Assembly (NCBI GenBank): GCA_000934665.2
Contig: JYFJ02000128.1
Coordinates: 1 to 64,000 of the forward strand
DNA: 64,000 nt
Reading direction: 5' to 3'
Source: Catajapyx aquilonaris
Lineage: Eukaryota
In this document: positions 42,401-57,400 of the stretch, piece after piece
How the letters are laid out: each line of letters starts with the position of its first letter
Position numbering within the stretch: the stretch's first letter is position 1
The notes under the pieces: generated by a model
Database searches by the model: none
Seen by the model: only the letters and a program-made list of their open reading frames with translations
Told to the model about the DNA's origin: nothing
Made by a program: the position numbers and the translations under genes

Positions 42401-45400
42401 GCCATCATCTTTCACGACCCGCCAGAAAAATGCGGCTGCCGAAAAAGAAATGAACCATTCCTCACCTTGCCCTGATTACATACATTTTGCTCAGATCATT
42501 GAACATCTCTCTCCCTCCCAGTTCTTTTTTTTTCGGTTCTACTCTCTCTTCCACAGCGAGAGTCCTGAGCTTATATAGGAGTCTGGAATGAAATGGTATG
42601 AGGTTGGAATGGGTATAAAGGGAAGGAGCGAATTCAGCGTTGACCTCCACAAATCCTCCACTTGGAGGATCCGACCCCGGCTGCACTTCATCAACCAGAT
42701 CCCACGTCTTCGACAGGGAAATATAAAAGCCTTCTTTGGACCCCAGGCCAACTTTGTCAAATGTTCTCGCTCAGGTTTTTGTGGGGGTGCCCCCCCTCCC
42801 CTCCACCCTCCCCCGCCCCGGAGAAACGAGGGAAGAGGAGATAAGCTTGTAAGTGAAGTCTGATCGATCCAACAGGAAGGATGTTCGACTAAATCGCGCT
42901 GATAATCATTCTCTAATTCCAACTCCAGCCTCCCCACCTTCCACCCAAGATTTTGGAAACTGCTTTAGGCAGGGTCTCTTAATGTCTTCAACATCACTAG
43001 TTGATAACCGCGATTAAAAATTTATGGCTTAAAAGTTGGGAATGAATTGTCATTGCCACCAATATTCAGCAAAAAAAATGACAAAATTGTAGGGAATGCA
43101 AAGTTGACACAATTTGAGGTAAAATTCACACCAAATTTTTAACTATCGTATCGCAAATTTCTGGCTGGATAAGTAGTACAATTAACTGGCAGAATAAATT
43201 TTGCTCTCTGAATAGTAGCCTACCCACTGGCGCTAAATAAGCACAAATATTCTTATTAGCTGCTCGTCATGCAAATTACCCTCCATCCCCCTTGTTATTG
43301 ACGAGTTCAAATCCTTCTACAGTATTTATCATCCGCTGGTAGATATATTTTTTGAGGGTCACTCAGCCAGTAGAAATGACTATTTGCATATTCCCCACGC
43401 TGTTCCAAATTAGGCTCCGGATATGAATGTACTCCACTATATCAATATCAGGACCGGGGGTGTACGCTAACATAATTTACAGTTGACTAAGTGAATCTTT
43501 CATAAGCACATGTAGCAAAACCTCTCTCCTCACCCACTGAAATTTCCCTTCTGCTCCATCACCACGTTACAGCCAAACCCCCCTCGAAAACATTTTCATC
43601 CCACCAGGGGGTGCTCCTATACCCCCCCCCCCCNCTCTCTCGATATAACCACCCCCTGAATCTACCACGGAACAGACTCGATAAATAAACGCATGCAGTG
43701 TATGACAGCAATAACCTCGGCCTCGCTATTTTGTCTCCATGTGATACCCGTTCGTATATACCAGTGTCGCCTCGTAAAATTAATTCCGAGAGCATAAATC
43801 ATCTCTCGTGTTGTAAAAAAAAATACACCCCCCCATTCCCTTGAATGTAAATGGAAAAGGAATTTTGTAGAGAAGATTGAAGCTATTTGGAAATGGGTGT
43901 GAAAATTTCCATCTCATGAAAGGTAGAAGGCACCTATTTCCTTGAGAGAAGTTGCATAGGAACACTTTGAACTGAACGGGAAGGGTGTAGTGAATATAAA
44001 AAAACACACACACAAGGTAGGTAGTTTGTGTGGATGTAGATTTTGCCCTGGGGTGTGCTTTGGTAATCCTGGAACCCTGGGCTTCTCGTCTCATTTCAAG
44101 CTCGGCCATATACAGAGACTAAGACACTTGCCTAAAACCTCAACTTTTCACTCCGAGAGTTTCCATGGCCCAGATACCTGCTCCATTCATGCTTTCCGTC
44201 CCAATTATATGGGAGCCAGGGAAAAAGCTATTGATCCCTCAGGCTGCCAAACTTTCAAAATCCTGAAGAGGACTTGCCTTTGGTTGCAAAGGGTTAAATT
44301 AGAAGAGGAGGGGGATTTTTCATCATTAGACCTCCCTTCGCGAGGGCACACAGGAGGAGGCCAGGAATTTTAAAATTAGAGGGTGGTCAGCGGTACAGGG
44401 TTTTCTATAATCTACAAAGCACGTCTTCATCTTCAAGGGTATCACCAAAAGAGTGGTCTCTTAATCTTCCAGGAAACTCTTTTAAAGACTGAATCAAGGT
44501 GTTTGCATATGGTTGAGGTATTTTGCATATAAAGGATTCGATTCATTAAGAGTTACACTTCAGAAAGTCGTTATACTTCACGGAACAATGCCTTTTGTGG
44601 TGTAACATTTTTCTTATGCACGTTTTATTACTGGTAAGATCCTTAACTCGAGCATTAGCAATAAATATTCCTGAAATTATAATGGCGGTTTGGATATATG
44701 GCAAGTACTACAGCGACGTGATTACTTTATAATGGCCGTGGTGCACTTACAGGTTGTATGAAATTTTAATTGCCTATATGACTGAGCGTCTATTACTGCA
44801 TTCCAAAAGTTTCGTTAGGCAGTAATTTTTTATATGTCCGACTAAATTCAACATAGCCATATCATGGCGCATAAAGGACAAAACTTATTCGTATTTTTAA
44901 ACATGTTTGCGAATTTAAAACGTGACTCAATTCACAATAACACACATCACAGGGCAACAGTTTGAAATTGCGATAATAACCTGTGATGTGCTTGATTGAT
45001 TGGCTTTTTAATAGCGCAAAAGCAACAAAGGCATCGCCAGAAACTACGACATGTCCCATAAAAATCATTCCAATTACCTGTGGCGATCGTACGTCCTCGA
45101 TGAATCAGGACCACACACAGGTCATTTTAGTTTTAAGCGCCAGATTAGGTACAGTTTTAGAAGCATCACAATATGACTTTAATGCATAAAAATACCGTGT
45201 TTATGTAATGAAGCTTCTTGTGTGGGATTCAAACACGCTGGGGACCAACACACACAAATTAGTTATACATCCGAGGATTTCCCTCAAGCTAAGCTCTGAT
45301 TACCCTGCTATGTTCTTTATAAATTCCTCTCTGGTTGCAAGCACATAACAATAGGGATCCCAGCCTGCACTCTTAATAAAAGGTACAATACATTTTTAAT

Positions 45401-48400
45401 GCTACAGGGCATGTTCCTCGCCTGAATGAAAGCTGAACATAATTAAAACTTGTATAGCTACAGTCCAGCGGATATTACTGATTTTTTTTAAAAAAAAGTT
45501 ACCTGCCATGTACGAGCACATTCTTCGAAAATCCATAACTCCTTCCTATATCTCTAGTTATACCGTGTGTAAACTTAGCATCGGCATGCCTTCCTGCCTC
45601 TCACCACAAAAATGACCTCGACCTCAGGTCTCTAATGACAGAGGTAACTCGACACTTCGATGTTAATGCTACACCTCTCAATTTACATGGCCACAAAGTA
45701 ATTGTTGGAACATTGACTGTGGTGAATGGAGTCCTTTATAGTTCGATCTAGGAAGCAGCTGCGGGACCGCAGTAATTGTAATGGCAGGGCTTGCGCCCCG
45801 TGACATTGGACCCATTTACATGAGTATTACCATAAGTATGAGCGGCCTCCACCCGTTTTACTGCGGTATTAGCGTGCAATATTTTCCCTGCTCGCGCCAG
45901 TTTTATTTTCATGCCTCCGGACAAACACACTAGATTTTCCGCTTTACTGTTTTAAATTTTTTTCCCCCCTACTCTACAAATGTGCATCTACTTGCAGGAA
46001 ATAATTAGGCTGAGGGACGAACGCCATTAAGCGGCCGATACAATGACGTCTTCCCGGGGCAGCCATTGGGTCTGCAGTTATTTCCGCCACATTAAACCCG
46101 GCTGTGAAAACCCCTTGGCAGCATCAGCAGACCGCAGTGACTCCCCTAGTGACCCTATCCTGACACATCTCCTGAGCCTTTAATGTGCGGCGGGGACCCT
46201 TTGTCGAAAGACCTTCCGCCCGGCAATTTCAATGCTCAGAGAAGAGATGAAAAGAACCAGCAGCTTCTGGACCACTGGACGTTAGAATGACCCTTCGCAA
46301 GCCAACTTTACGCTGATGTGGGTGGAAGGACCTCCACTTCATACCAATCGAATTTGACCCATCGATTCACAGGGGGCTATTACTGATTACATGAAAGAAG
46401 GTCTGGAGCAAGTCGACCGTTCTAATATTTCCAAAGCTGAAATATGAAAAACCTTCTTTAATTTTTTGAGTATAACGCCCTATAACCAATGACAGCCGAC
46501 TGTTATTTCCAACCCTAACCCATCCAGCCAATCCCAACCTCTGACCTTGGCCCACTTCAGTCCTCTACGGGGTTGGAACTAATGAAAAAAACAAACAGCT
46601 TGTTAATGGCCAGTCCCACCGGGTTCAGTTCATCCGTGGAATCCCATTTGGCCGATCAAACGCAACAGGTCACCTACTTTTTCAATCATTCACTCTTTAT
46701 GCAAAACTCGACTAGTATATGTGCACTAGTCAGAGCATTAATTAACATTCTTGAAGGCGATACAAAAAGAAGGGCCTTCGTCACGACTACAGCAGCCAAA
46801 GCAGCTGGAAATAATTTGGGTCCTCTCAACCAGGAATCGATGTGGGACTCATTATGAAACTGAGACCGTTGAGTCCTCTCTCTGTGTGTCCCCTCCCCAA
46901 CTCTACCCCCCTTCGACCGCCTATTCCAGGCCTAATGGACAAAATTATCCGAATTAATTAACTCCCACGCCCAGTTGCAGGGCGTGATTGAAGCTGGGAC
47001 CCGCCATTTTCGGGTCCACCGAGCGCCGCATGGTCAACCCAAATAGGTGGAAAAATCGTCCGGGGAAAGTGCCAAGCTTAACTCACTAGCACATGGGTGC
47101 CACACACAAAACGAGCTAACAAAAACCGGCGGGTTGGGGGGACAATAAACAAACCGAACACAAATCAGGCAATTTTCAGGGTAGGTACAGACCAACAACA
47201 ATAAAAAAAGAGAAAAAGCGTGACTATTAATTTGCGCGGATGTTGGGTTCGAATTATTTCGAACTAACCCTCTGATTACATTGCGGCCAGTTTGTGATGC
47301 CTGAATGCATGAGTACTGGAGGGACTATCTGACAAGTGTTGTCACACGCTGAGTGAGTACAAAATAAGTCAGACCTATTGATCCAGGAAAATTTTGCATA
47401 TTGTTGTTGGCTTTGCAGGAAACTTCTAATCATTCCTGGATGTTTCTATTGACTTAAATCAGGCTATTTGTATGACCCTTTTATTTCGAGGGGTGGTATA
47501 GGGAGGGCGAACTTTGCATTTTAATGCATATTCAGGGGACTCATAGGCAAGTCAAAGGTTTTCCATTTTAATTGGTAATTTTTTTTAGGGATGGAAAAAA
47601 ATTCCGAATAGTGGTTCATTTTTTTCATCGTGGCAGGTTTTATTCCGCCAAACATGGCAACTGGAATCAGAGGGTTAAATGCATACCATTCCAAACGGAC
47701 GGGTTTTCGAGCACACACACTTACGGCAATTAGCCTCATCCTCTCCACTGACACAGTCCATAATATAATCACAACGGCGGAACTGTTCCACACAACGTCC
47801 ATCATTGCATTGAAACTCATGAGGTCCACAAGAAGGCGGCTCTGCACAAACATGAACAGTTTCAATACCCAACACTGAAGCTAATTCTGGCATTCGCACT
47901 TGTGTTTAACAATCGTGTCAATCTGGCATTGTTATAGTCCATTTTGTCATCCAATAAGTTGTGACTAAACGACATCAGCAATACGTCCTAAGGGACACCA
48001 TGCTAACAGTACCGGTAGTGAAGACATTATCTTAGTTATTTATTCTTCCATGCTTTAAAACGTAACCAATTAAATATTATCACCACTGAGGTTGTGGCAA
48101 TGTTGTGCTGAGGTTCTGATGTTCATTCCCCCATGAAAATGAACACTGTGTAATCCAGTCGACTCCGGATGCATTTTGCCGGCGTATCTCTCCCACCATC
48201 AGCATATTGGCAACAATTTGGGACAGGACAGTTTTCGCAACCCTGCAGCCCTCCCACAGCCGTTACACTTTAGAGACAAGAGTGTCCCAATTTCGATACT
48301 TTTCCACCCTACTTCTTCTTCTTTGCTTTTCTTTTTTATCCTTCACCCCCACAAGCGACAAAGATGTTTCGCATCGAGCCCACTTGAGTGGTACAACTTC

Positions 48401-51400
48401 GCCCTCTTTCCTTAATCAGCTGCCATAAAACGAGAGGGGCTTCACGAGTAATCGAGGCTCGTCACCGCCATAATGGGTTATCAGTCCTGGAGAGTTTGCA
48501 TGTACTGTACGTTTATTGCTCCCGTTGTCGGAAAGTTCGAGTATCCGGTTAGTCTGATGGGGGAGAATTCCAGATTACCTTCCAATATGGCGAGTCTTGT
48601 TTCAAGACACAAAACAGACAGCTCTTTGGCTCTATATTTATACTCTGGGTCAAAACTCTTCATGCACTTACATTGCTTTTTGAGCAACATGTAGAGTAAG
48701 GTTACGGCAATGGAATTCTGCGGAGGATGCTGAAGGTTACAATCATGTCCTCTTCGAGTGCATGCACACAGCTGCCAAAGGGGCACAGCTTTTTTTTCAT
48801 ATCCAACAGAAAGTAATGGAAAGCGCTCAATTTTAGCCTAGTTGGAATGCATCCAGTGCAAGTTTACAAGTTCTTTGCTTCAAATAAATTGTAGCAAAAG
48901 AGATGCAGCTGGTGTTGTGGGAGGGTCGGAAGGGGTTTACCGCTAACGTGGAACGGTTTGTCACTGTAAGGTACTTAGTAAGGACGTTTTGGGTGCATGT
49001 TGTCACCGCTAAGCTTACTTTAAGCCCCTGCAAGATATTAGGATTCGGGAGGGAATTGAATTAGCTGAGAGGGGGTTGCATCCTTGCCGAGTCTTCGCCA
49101 TCAAAAAGGATCTGACATGTCATAACATGGGGCTTTGTACAAGCTTCTTCCCAAACTAAGACATTCATGGGTCGCCAAAAGGTAAAAGTACAAATGAAAG
49201 CCTGAAGTGAAGAACAGCTGATCATATAGTATCAAAATTGTCTCAGAAAATTCATAGAAAAAAATAAGGCACAACGCAATATGAAAACGTCACATCCTCG
49301 TATTTCAAAAAAAATTGAACAATCAGAGTCTCATAATAATTTTATTATGAGACTCTGATTGTTCTCAACAAGTTTTTAAATGAAAGGTACGACTTACGTG
49401 GCCCAGACATATAAACAAATCTTCACTTATTTGACAGGGGTGCACTTTTCTGTTTGCTTTGATAGTTTCGTAACCCCGAAATCTACACCTGTAACCTTTA
49501 TTCAACCTCTCGAGTAGAAAGGAAGATTGGCACTAGACTAAACCGAGAGGACTATAACTATGGACTAGTTGATTAAATATTTACGCTAATGCATTCATAA
49601 CTTCGGCCGGCAAGGGTGTAACTTACACCGAATGTCCTCTACATGTTACCTCTGCATTCCAGGCTAAGCAGCCGTAAAGGAATTTTTCCCATACGCGAAT
49701 TCAACACGTTCACATCTGCACATCACTTCCTGGAATTTTTCCTTTGCACTGCCGCCTAAACATAGAACAGTATGTGAAGGGCACGCATATTTTTCAGCAT
49801 ACGTAATTGCACGTACTACAGTCTGACTAGGGTAACCTCCGTCCTGCAGGTTTAGGACATTGTAACTATTGAAAAACGAACATATGCACTGAAAATTAGT
49901 CCCATTTATCACGTAGACTAAATTTACTAAAGCTTACATGTCTCAAGGCTCAATTAAAATCCATGCTACTGAAAACTCCCGTGCTGCCATAAAATACCGA
50001 AGCACTGTTCTACATTGCAATCTAGTTTCCAACAAAACCACAACTTCTCTGTAGTCACTGTGACCTGTCCAACGCAGATAAAAATTTCGCCCTCAGGAAA
50101 CTTCTCCTGCAAAAACACCCCCGCTCAATACTAGAATCCACTAAAAAATCCTTTTAAACCACATAAGTCTACGCACCTCTTAAATACGTCAATGTTTCTC
50201 CCTCCCTTCCAGTAATGGATATAAAACGCTTTTATTTTTAACGACCCAGACTAACTGTAAAAAATACAACCCCGCTCCCCAAAACGCAGAACTGTCGCGT
50301 TAACAAGTTAATATTCATTACAAAATCTTCCAACGCAAAAAGGCTCTGCAATTTCTGCCATCGCACTGTGCCTTCTTATCAACCCTGGGCCAGCAAAGTG
50401 CTAAAGCCGTTTCATGTATAAAATATTTCGGGTGGGATACAGCACGTAGATTTTTAACGCAATATCGACTACCCTATTGACGTCACATATGGGCCTACAC
50501 TGCACTCATTTTTTTTTCTTACATTGCACTCTAACAAGATGGCTAATTGATATCCTTGTGTATATGCAACCTAAACCAGACATGTCTAACGTGCTGCCTA
50601 ATACACAGGATATAAATTAGAATTCGGCGCCAGCTATAATTTACTCCAAGTCTAATCCTTGACCCGTGTCTCATTACTGCAAAACGCATGCTTACTCTTT
50701 GCTGCAAGTGGTATTATGGCACTTAGGCCTATTACGATTACTGCCAAGCCGATGCAAACAATCTGCTGCTTTAATGTGGGTCTGAAACGATGCAAATTTC
50801 GTTTTCACCCGGCCGCGGCCGTTCTAAAATTAAGGTACAGCGTAACCGACGCCAGACTCATCCTACAGTGCACTTCACTATGAATAATCTACGCATACCA
50901 AAAGGATAAGGATGAGGAGGGGAGGGGAAGGGGTCTATGTTTAGGGTCCTACATGCTGTGTTTATTCGGCCGTTTTCAAAGTGATAGGTTGCAACAGCAG
51001 TGCCGGGTGAATTCCCCTTTTCGAAGTTTCATTGCAAGCGATCAGGAGTCAGTTTCACGAGGCCTGTGCCAAAGGCGCCTTTGGTATTCCTGGCGACACT
51101 TCCGATTAGAAAGATAGAACACGTGCCGGTAATGCTCAATTTCGGATAGGCTGAGATAGGTCACGGGCTTGACACCATTCATTGCGCTGTAATAAGTTGA
51201 ACTAGAGTTGCCAAAGCCACTTAAGAATGTATCGGATTCGCCCTTTGGAATACTGAAGATTGCGGATGGGGGGATCATCATTCGGAAAAATTCATAAGAT
51301 TGTTCTGATCTGCAGATTTGGAGATATTTTGCATTATATGCAAAAATGGCAATTATTTGCAGAATAATCAGGCACTTTTTATTAATTGCTTCAGGATGTA

Positions 51401-54400
51401 AGCTCATACCAGCCTTAGGTGTCAGCCAGATCGTCTCGTTCTTTCGAGTAAAATGTCCAGTAGTAAATGCACTAAATGAGTCATTGTCACCTACCACCAA
51501 TACTTTTCAAACTCTTACAACTGTCCATAAGGCAGTGTCAGCCTAGTGACAGCTAGACAGGAAATTCGGGCATTGAAGTCTCCAGATTCCAAATTGGTTA
51601 AAACCATCTGGCTCTCTGACTTGTACTACGCTCCAATAACCGGATCTTCCTCTTCCCTTAACGAATCCCTTCTTTCCCCCAAACGATGACCAAGAGAACA
51701 CAATTTCCCCAGAGAAAAGAAGACCTCCGTGCCGCATTGAAAACGGCTGGGCTGCTGTAATTGAAGCCCCTCTTTTGTGAACAGGTCCAAAAATGGGGCG
51801 AAAGAAATCTTCCTTTAAGAAGACATGCAGACCCCCCCTCAACTAATCTTCCTCATCTTTCTCCCCACTTTCTTTCTCCTTCCGAGGGTTCAATTTTGGG
51901 TCGCCACTCACTTCCAGCGGAGGATTTTGCCAACTTAACACGTCTAAATCAAGTCCAATAAACGGAGGAGCCCTAGAAACAAGACGCGGCCTTCCAGCAG
52001 AGTTTGGGTGGTCTAATTGTCTCCAGAGAGCGCCACGTTTGAACGTGGAATAAAAAATGGCGCCCATCAAGACCAACCTTGGCCTCTAATTTGTAATGAA
52101 GTCCAGCAGCCGAGGACAAATTGCCAACACTAGACTACAGCCAGACGCGGTTTTCCTTTACAAGCTCTCTCCCTTTCCCTATTGTCGGCCGCAATAAAAC
52201 TTCCAGCACATTTTACTTTCAACTTTAAATCGAGTTAGGTAAAAGTTACACTCGGTACTGGCAAGGGCTTGAGGAAAGGGCCAGGTTACCCGCAGTTCAA
52301 AGCTTTCGGATCAAAATATCTGATCAGACTGCGAAACTTCGTCGAAAATCCCTAAGGAGAAGTGCTGTACTCTTTCATCCTTCCATTTTTTTTAAGATCC
52401 ATTTTTTCCTCCAGTCTCTATCTGGAGACTGAAAATATATCTCAATATGGCGTCCTCCCCACCACCTCCATTCCTAACATCTAGAAAATGATTGTCTGCG
52501 GCGGTTCCAATCTGTCACGAAGGAACTTATTGCCATCGACAACTCGTGACCTTTACAGGACCATTTTTGCCAAGGCTATTCCGAAATGGGTTTTCTGGAA
52601 GGTATTTGGCATCACGCTCGAATGTCTCTTCCCAAACTTTCCAAATCTGTTGTCGCGGTGAAAAGTCATACCTTAGAGGCTTACAGTGCAATAGGCTTAG
52701 TGTGCGCCAGTTAGGATATCCGATTGGGGCCCCAAAAGTTGGAAAGTTTTCTACAAGGTGATTCGCGATTTACTTCAGAAGCACTAGCGAGGTGGAAAAT
52801 TCACTGTAGTTTCACAGCCTTGTTCGTTGGAAGAAAGGTTGCAGTTTCAGGGCCTCTACTTCTTGAATTATGTGAGCATTAAGCCCTGCATTCCGATTGG
52901 CGGAGAAAAACACGGCCTCCAAGTAAAAAAGCTCGCAAAATAATCAGCCAAGCACATTACAAGAATTAAGAGAAAATCTTAACGACACTTAAGAAACGGT
53001 GAATTGGTGCAGCACTGCACGTGGAGCTATCTTTATTGACTAACAGCCCCAACTGCCTTTTATTACTGCAGCTGTTATCTCTATAGAAATAACCATGTCT
53101 CACGAGGTCTGCAAGTGCTCATTATTCACGACTACTACATGTGCGGAATGCATCGCAAAAAACACTTTTAGTCCTTTTACGAGTAGCCCATGCCTTTCGT
53201 CACTTCTCTAGAACTGCATGCAGTTGCCAATGGACGAGACTTGAACTCCTGACATTCCCAGACACACTTCAGTGCATTTACTCCTGTTGAGTCAATCATC
53301 CCAGCGTTTAATGCCATACCGAGGTTGATGGCTTCAGACACTTCTTCAAAAAATATTAAGGCCACACACGCTGCAACATATGGCATATGATTCTTTTCTA
53401 GTGTCATATTTGCATTCCATCATTTATTTGTGGACATTCCTATAGTTCCTTTATGGTAGCATTCTTCAAGTAAAGTAAAGTACAACATAAAAACAGGCTC
53501 CCACACTAAAACCAGGCCTACTCCAAGAAAAAAATAGCCCAATAAAAAAACCAAGTTCCGCCCCAGCTATTGAGACATAACTAATTCAGCACCGCCACTC
53601 TGCTGACAATCGCCAATTCATCACCCTCTAAACGGTTTCAAACCCAACCCGATACGGGTCGTGACGTACTTGATGAAGCCATACACCTGCACTGCACCTC
53701 TCCTGTCTGTCCGCATGGTACACACGCAGCATCCCTTCGCGATTAGCATTCACTTGATCGAACTACTCCCGTCATGTTTCCCTTTCAGGATACAACGAAC
53801 GTGCTGCGGATTTATTTATGAGATGCTCCGGGGAGGAGATTAGGAGGCCAAGATGAGAACAAAGAGGAAGAGAGCACATCTCTCAGGGTCTCCCAGAAAC
53901 TCAGGGTCTCTCCGGAGAGAAACCCCTCAAGCTTTTCGCGAGCCAGGGAGACCTTATTATCCGGACCCTTGGAGCGGGTGTATAGTCCTGCCCTGTTAGG
54001 ATCCTGGGGCATAAGAGAGGGCCAACCGACATGCAAATTTCTCCTTCCAAGGCAGACCTTACTGGTGCCAAATTTCGTGGTCCTCCTATCCAACTCTTGG
54101 ACTTATTGGATGCTGTACACGGGGGACATCCTTTGATCTCCTTTCACTTGCATGCGGCCATACATGCCAAATGCGTTTTGGTATGTTGCCATTGAAAATC
54201 GGAGATGAGTACAAAAAAAAAAAGTTGGCCCAATTATTTTCTACGGCAGCCATTTTTCCAGGGGCACAGATTGCCAGTAGGTCTGTATCGCATTAAATGG
54301 AGTATGAATAGTGCGACACGTTCCTCGTTTCAGGCGTTGTGGAATAGCAATTCCAGCACCGGAGCCGGGGTCCCAAAGGGTGTCTCCGGTTCAAAGCCTA

Positions 54401-57400
54401 AGACGATAAAGTGCATAAGCAGATTTGCATGATTTTCACTCAGTGTCCGAAATGGGACTCTCTGTGAACTTAATTCGATTACGACAATAATGTTTCTCAT
54501 CACTCGGCGGGTTGTAGGCGGCCTGATTAATTAGTGTTCTCAAGTGATTAGTTTATTTGGAACATCGATTCGCACTAATGCAATATTACATGCGACCCCA
54601 ATTTCATTCCCGCCAGAAAATTAGAAGTTAACGATCAAATCTCACGTGAGAATTAAGTTAACCCATGCACTGCGGGCCCAACGTAAATCCGCATCCCTGT
54701 TTCAACCACGTAACTTTTAACTATTAAAAAATGCGCAGATTTTTACGAGACATGCCGCGCATTGCTCGCTCGCGTCCCATTCAAACTATTTAACTCATGC
54801 AATTAGTACATTCTTTCCAAGTTGCCGCCCACCATTGCACACCCATGAAAACATGTCCGCCACTCTTCTATTATCCAATTCATCTTATCCTCGGCCTCAT
54901 CATCTATTCTCCTCGGACCATTCCACGTACCCCGTCTTTTTTTGTGTGTGTGTGCCCATATACCCCTCTGCGGTAGACCGATTTGCTCGTACAGGCGAGA
55001 AAATCGAGGCAATGGCACGCCTCCAACTGCAACCCTGGAAGGGGCAAATTCCTTCCTTAATCCGGGGTTTCGAAATGCTCCTCCAACTTGAGAAGCTGAC
55101 CCATTTTGAAGCTGGTCTCTAACCATCAGTCTTAATTTGCATACGCACCCTTGGTTTCTTATGGTTGTCTTTAGGCGACCCTTGGCGGCCGAGTAAACTG
55201 CAGATTATGGGCCTCTACTGGCCGGTCCTATAAGGTTTGACCCACCGATGGGTTGTCGTTGAGAGCTTTCGATGTCACCCATTTTCGGAGTGGAACACAT
55301 ATACCCTGGAGGATATATGAGGCTGTGGGGTGCCCGGGTTTTGTGGGCCCGGAGGCTAATGCAACATAAGCCGGCTCCATTTTGAAGGGATCAATTTTCC
55401 CGCGCTTGATCTCTTGACTCGCGATTCTCTGGTCTGACGCTATTCATTACATGGATACGCTTTGGTTTTCCGAGGGGGTGGGTAGCTCTGATGGGGGGTT
55501 TCCATTCCAACTCCTGCACACGTTGCAAGTCGTCGGAAAGGAGGTTAAAAAAATGATGACTTAACTTGGGTGATTCAATTTCGGCAAAAAAAGAAATTGA
55601 TGCTTCAATTTCAGGCCGGAATTGAATTCAAGTAGAATCACCATTAACATTATAAATATTATTGGCCTGAAGGACAAAATTGTACGTCTTGCAGAAATAT
55701 TAAAATGGTACGTGAGACTTTAAAAAATCACTGTTTACACAAAACTTGCATAACATTCAGTGCAATGACGTCAAATTTCCATATGTCATGGGCCGATATG
55801 AAAAAAATGGCACGCATTTTGCGTTGAAATGCCAAAAGCACCAAGGTATGTGCTTTACTGCATAATACAGCCAGTTATACCTTGGTAACGGGACTTCAAA
55901 GTAAGATTTGCGCCGTTTGAGATGTGACATCCAAGAAGGCATTTGCACAATTAGGAATATTATAATTATATGTTCTCTTTTCATTTCCGTCCAGTATTTT
56001 GGTCCCACGTCACGCCTACGCCTCGTCGCATATAACGCTGGTTGCCATGGTTGATAAATGAGCGAGTTTTAATCTACTTGGCACGGGAGTTGGTAACGTC
56101 CTGGGAATATATAATTTGCGTGCTAGTTAGCTACATTGTTGAAAGAGAGCTCCCCGCCTGCTCTATATACTACATGCGCCTATTGTGACTAGAGTAAATA
56201 GCCATAGAAATCCTCAGCAACATGCACAATAATTTTCATTGGCGATCTAGGAGCACCTGGGTAGTATGTTTACTTGTATGCAATAATTTTTTGACGCTTT
56301 GTTATATTATATTGTTTATGAAAACGGTACGAAAAGCTTTGTCTGATGTAACCTGTCCAAATTCTAGTATTTGTGAACAAAGCTCCATGCTGTGCAGAGG
56401 TTCGTGCCATGAATTTGATTTGGAAGCAGTAATCACCACTACTGTAGAGGGAACCTACAAATTACCTCGCGTTTATTAAGTGTACAGGGGTACTCATTAC
56501 CCCCCGCATTATCATGTTACCGGTTCGCCACGTGTGGAGATGGCTCTCACATACCCTGAAATCTCCATATATTATGCCCCCGGTATATCACCCAGCAAGT
56601 AGGTCGCTTGCTGTACTAAGGTATAGTTGGCCTGCCCTGCAGTCAATGGCTGCAAGGATATATCTACATTCGATGGCGAGGTGACCACTCGGCGCATCAG
56701 ACAATAAATCAGATGTCGTCCATATCTGAAATCACCGCAGGCATCATGGGTTCTGTAATCGACTTCCAAAATGCAGGTGGATGTTGTCCAAAGGATGGTG
56801 TATGAAAACCTAGTTTATACAATGCACAAAGGTGACTGTACTTCCGCGCTTTCCCATGACTATTGGCCCAAACCCAAAAGCGGCCTGGAGCCTGCTTACA
56901 TTTTCCACGAAATATTCGAATGGTTCACTGGATAGGCTGGCCTATCGTACGTTCTCTATATAACAATTTTTGAACGTTTTTCTGATCATTGTAGACATCA
57001 TAATTACTATAATTTATACAAAAAAAAATCTCGGATTGAATGGCTTAAAACTTCAAAAGAACTAATTCAACCATTTCAAGCGGCGCAAGAAAACCATTCC
57101 AAATAATTTAGAAAGCAACGCACGGTGATTTATGTATGAATAACTATAATGGTGCTTATGCCCTCCAGCATACAAAATTTTCCTGCTGAGGACCCCCGCG
57201 GTTACGACTAAACCGGCATTTAACCCCCACCGCGTCCATTTAACCCTTTCCTCCCCTTGTATCAGATTTCTCACACGTTGTCACTAATGACGGTCCTTCT
57301 CGGAGGCGCCATCGCAAACAAGACTTGATTAGGACAAGAAAAACCATGACTCACAACCTGGCGCCATTATGCGCCCATAGTTCCACCCCCCGAAAAAAAC

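Noticed and set aside
27834..47841. Regularly recurring LDLa units as a CRISPR-like or other prokaryotic repeat system
   Set aside because: The units are spliceosomal coding exons in a eukaryotic gene; there are no identical direct repeats or cas genes.
51042..51500. 152-aa minus-strand intronic ORF
   Set aside because: Non-ATG start, no recognisable domain and no convincing splice sites.
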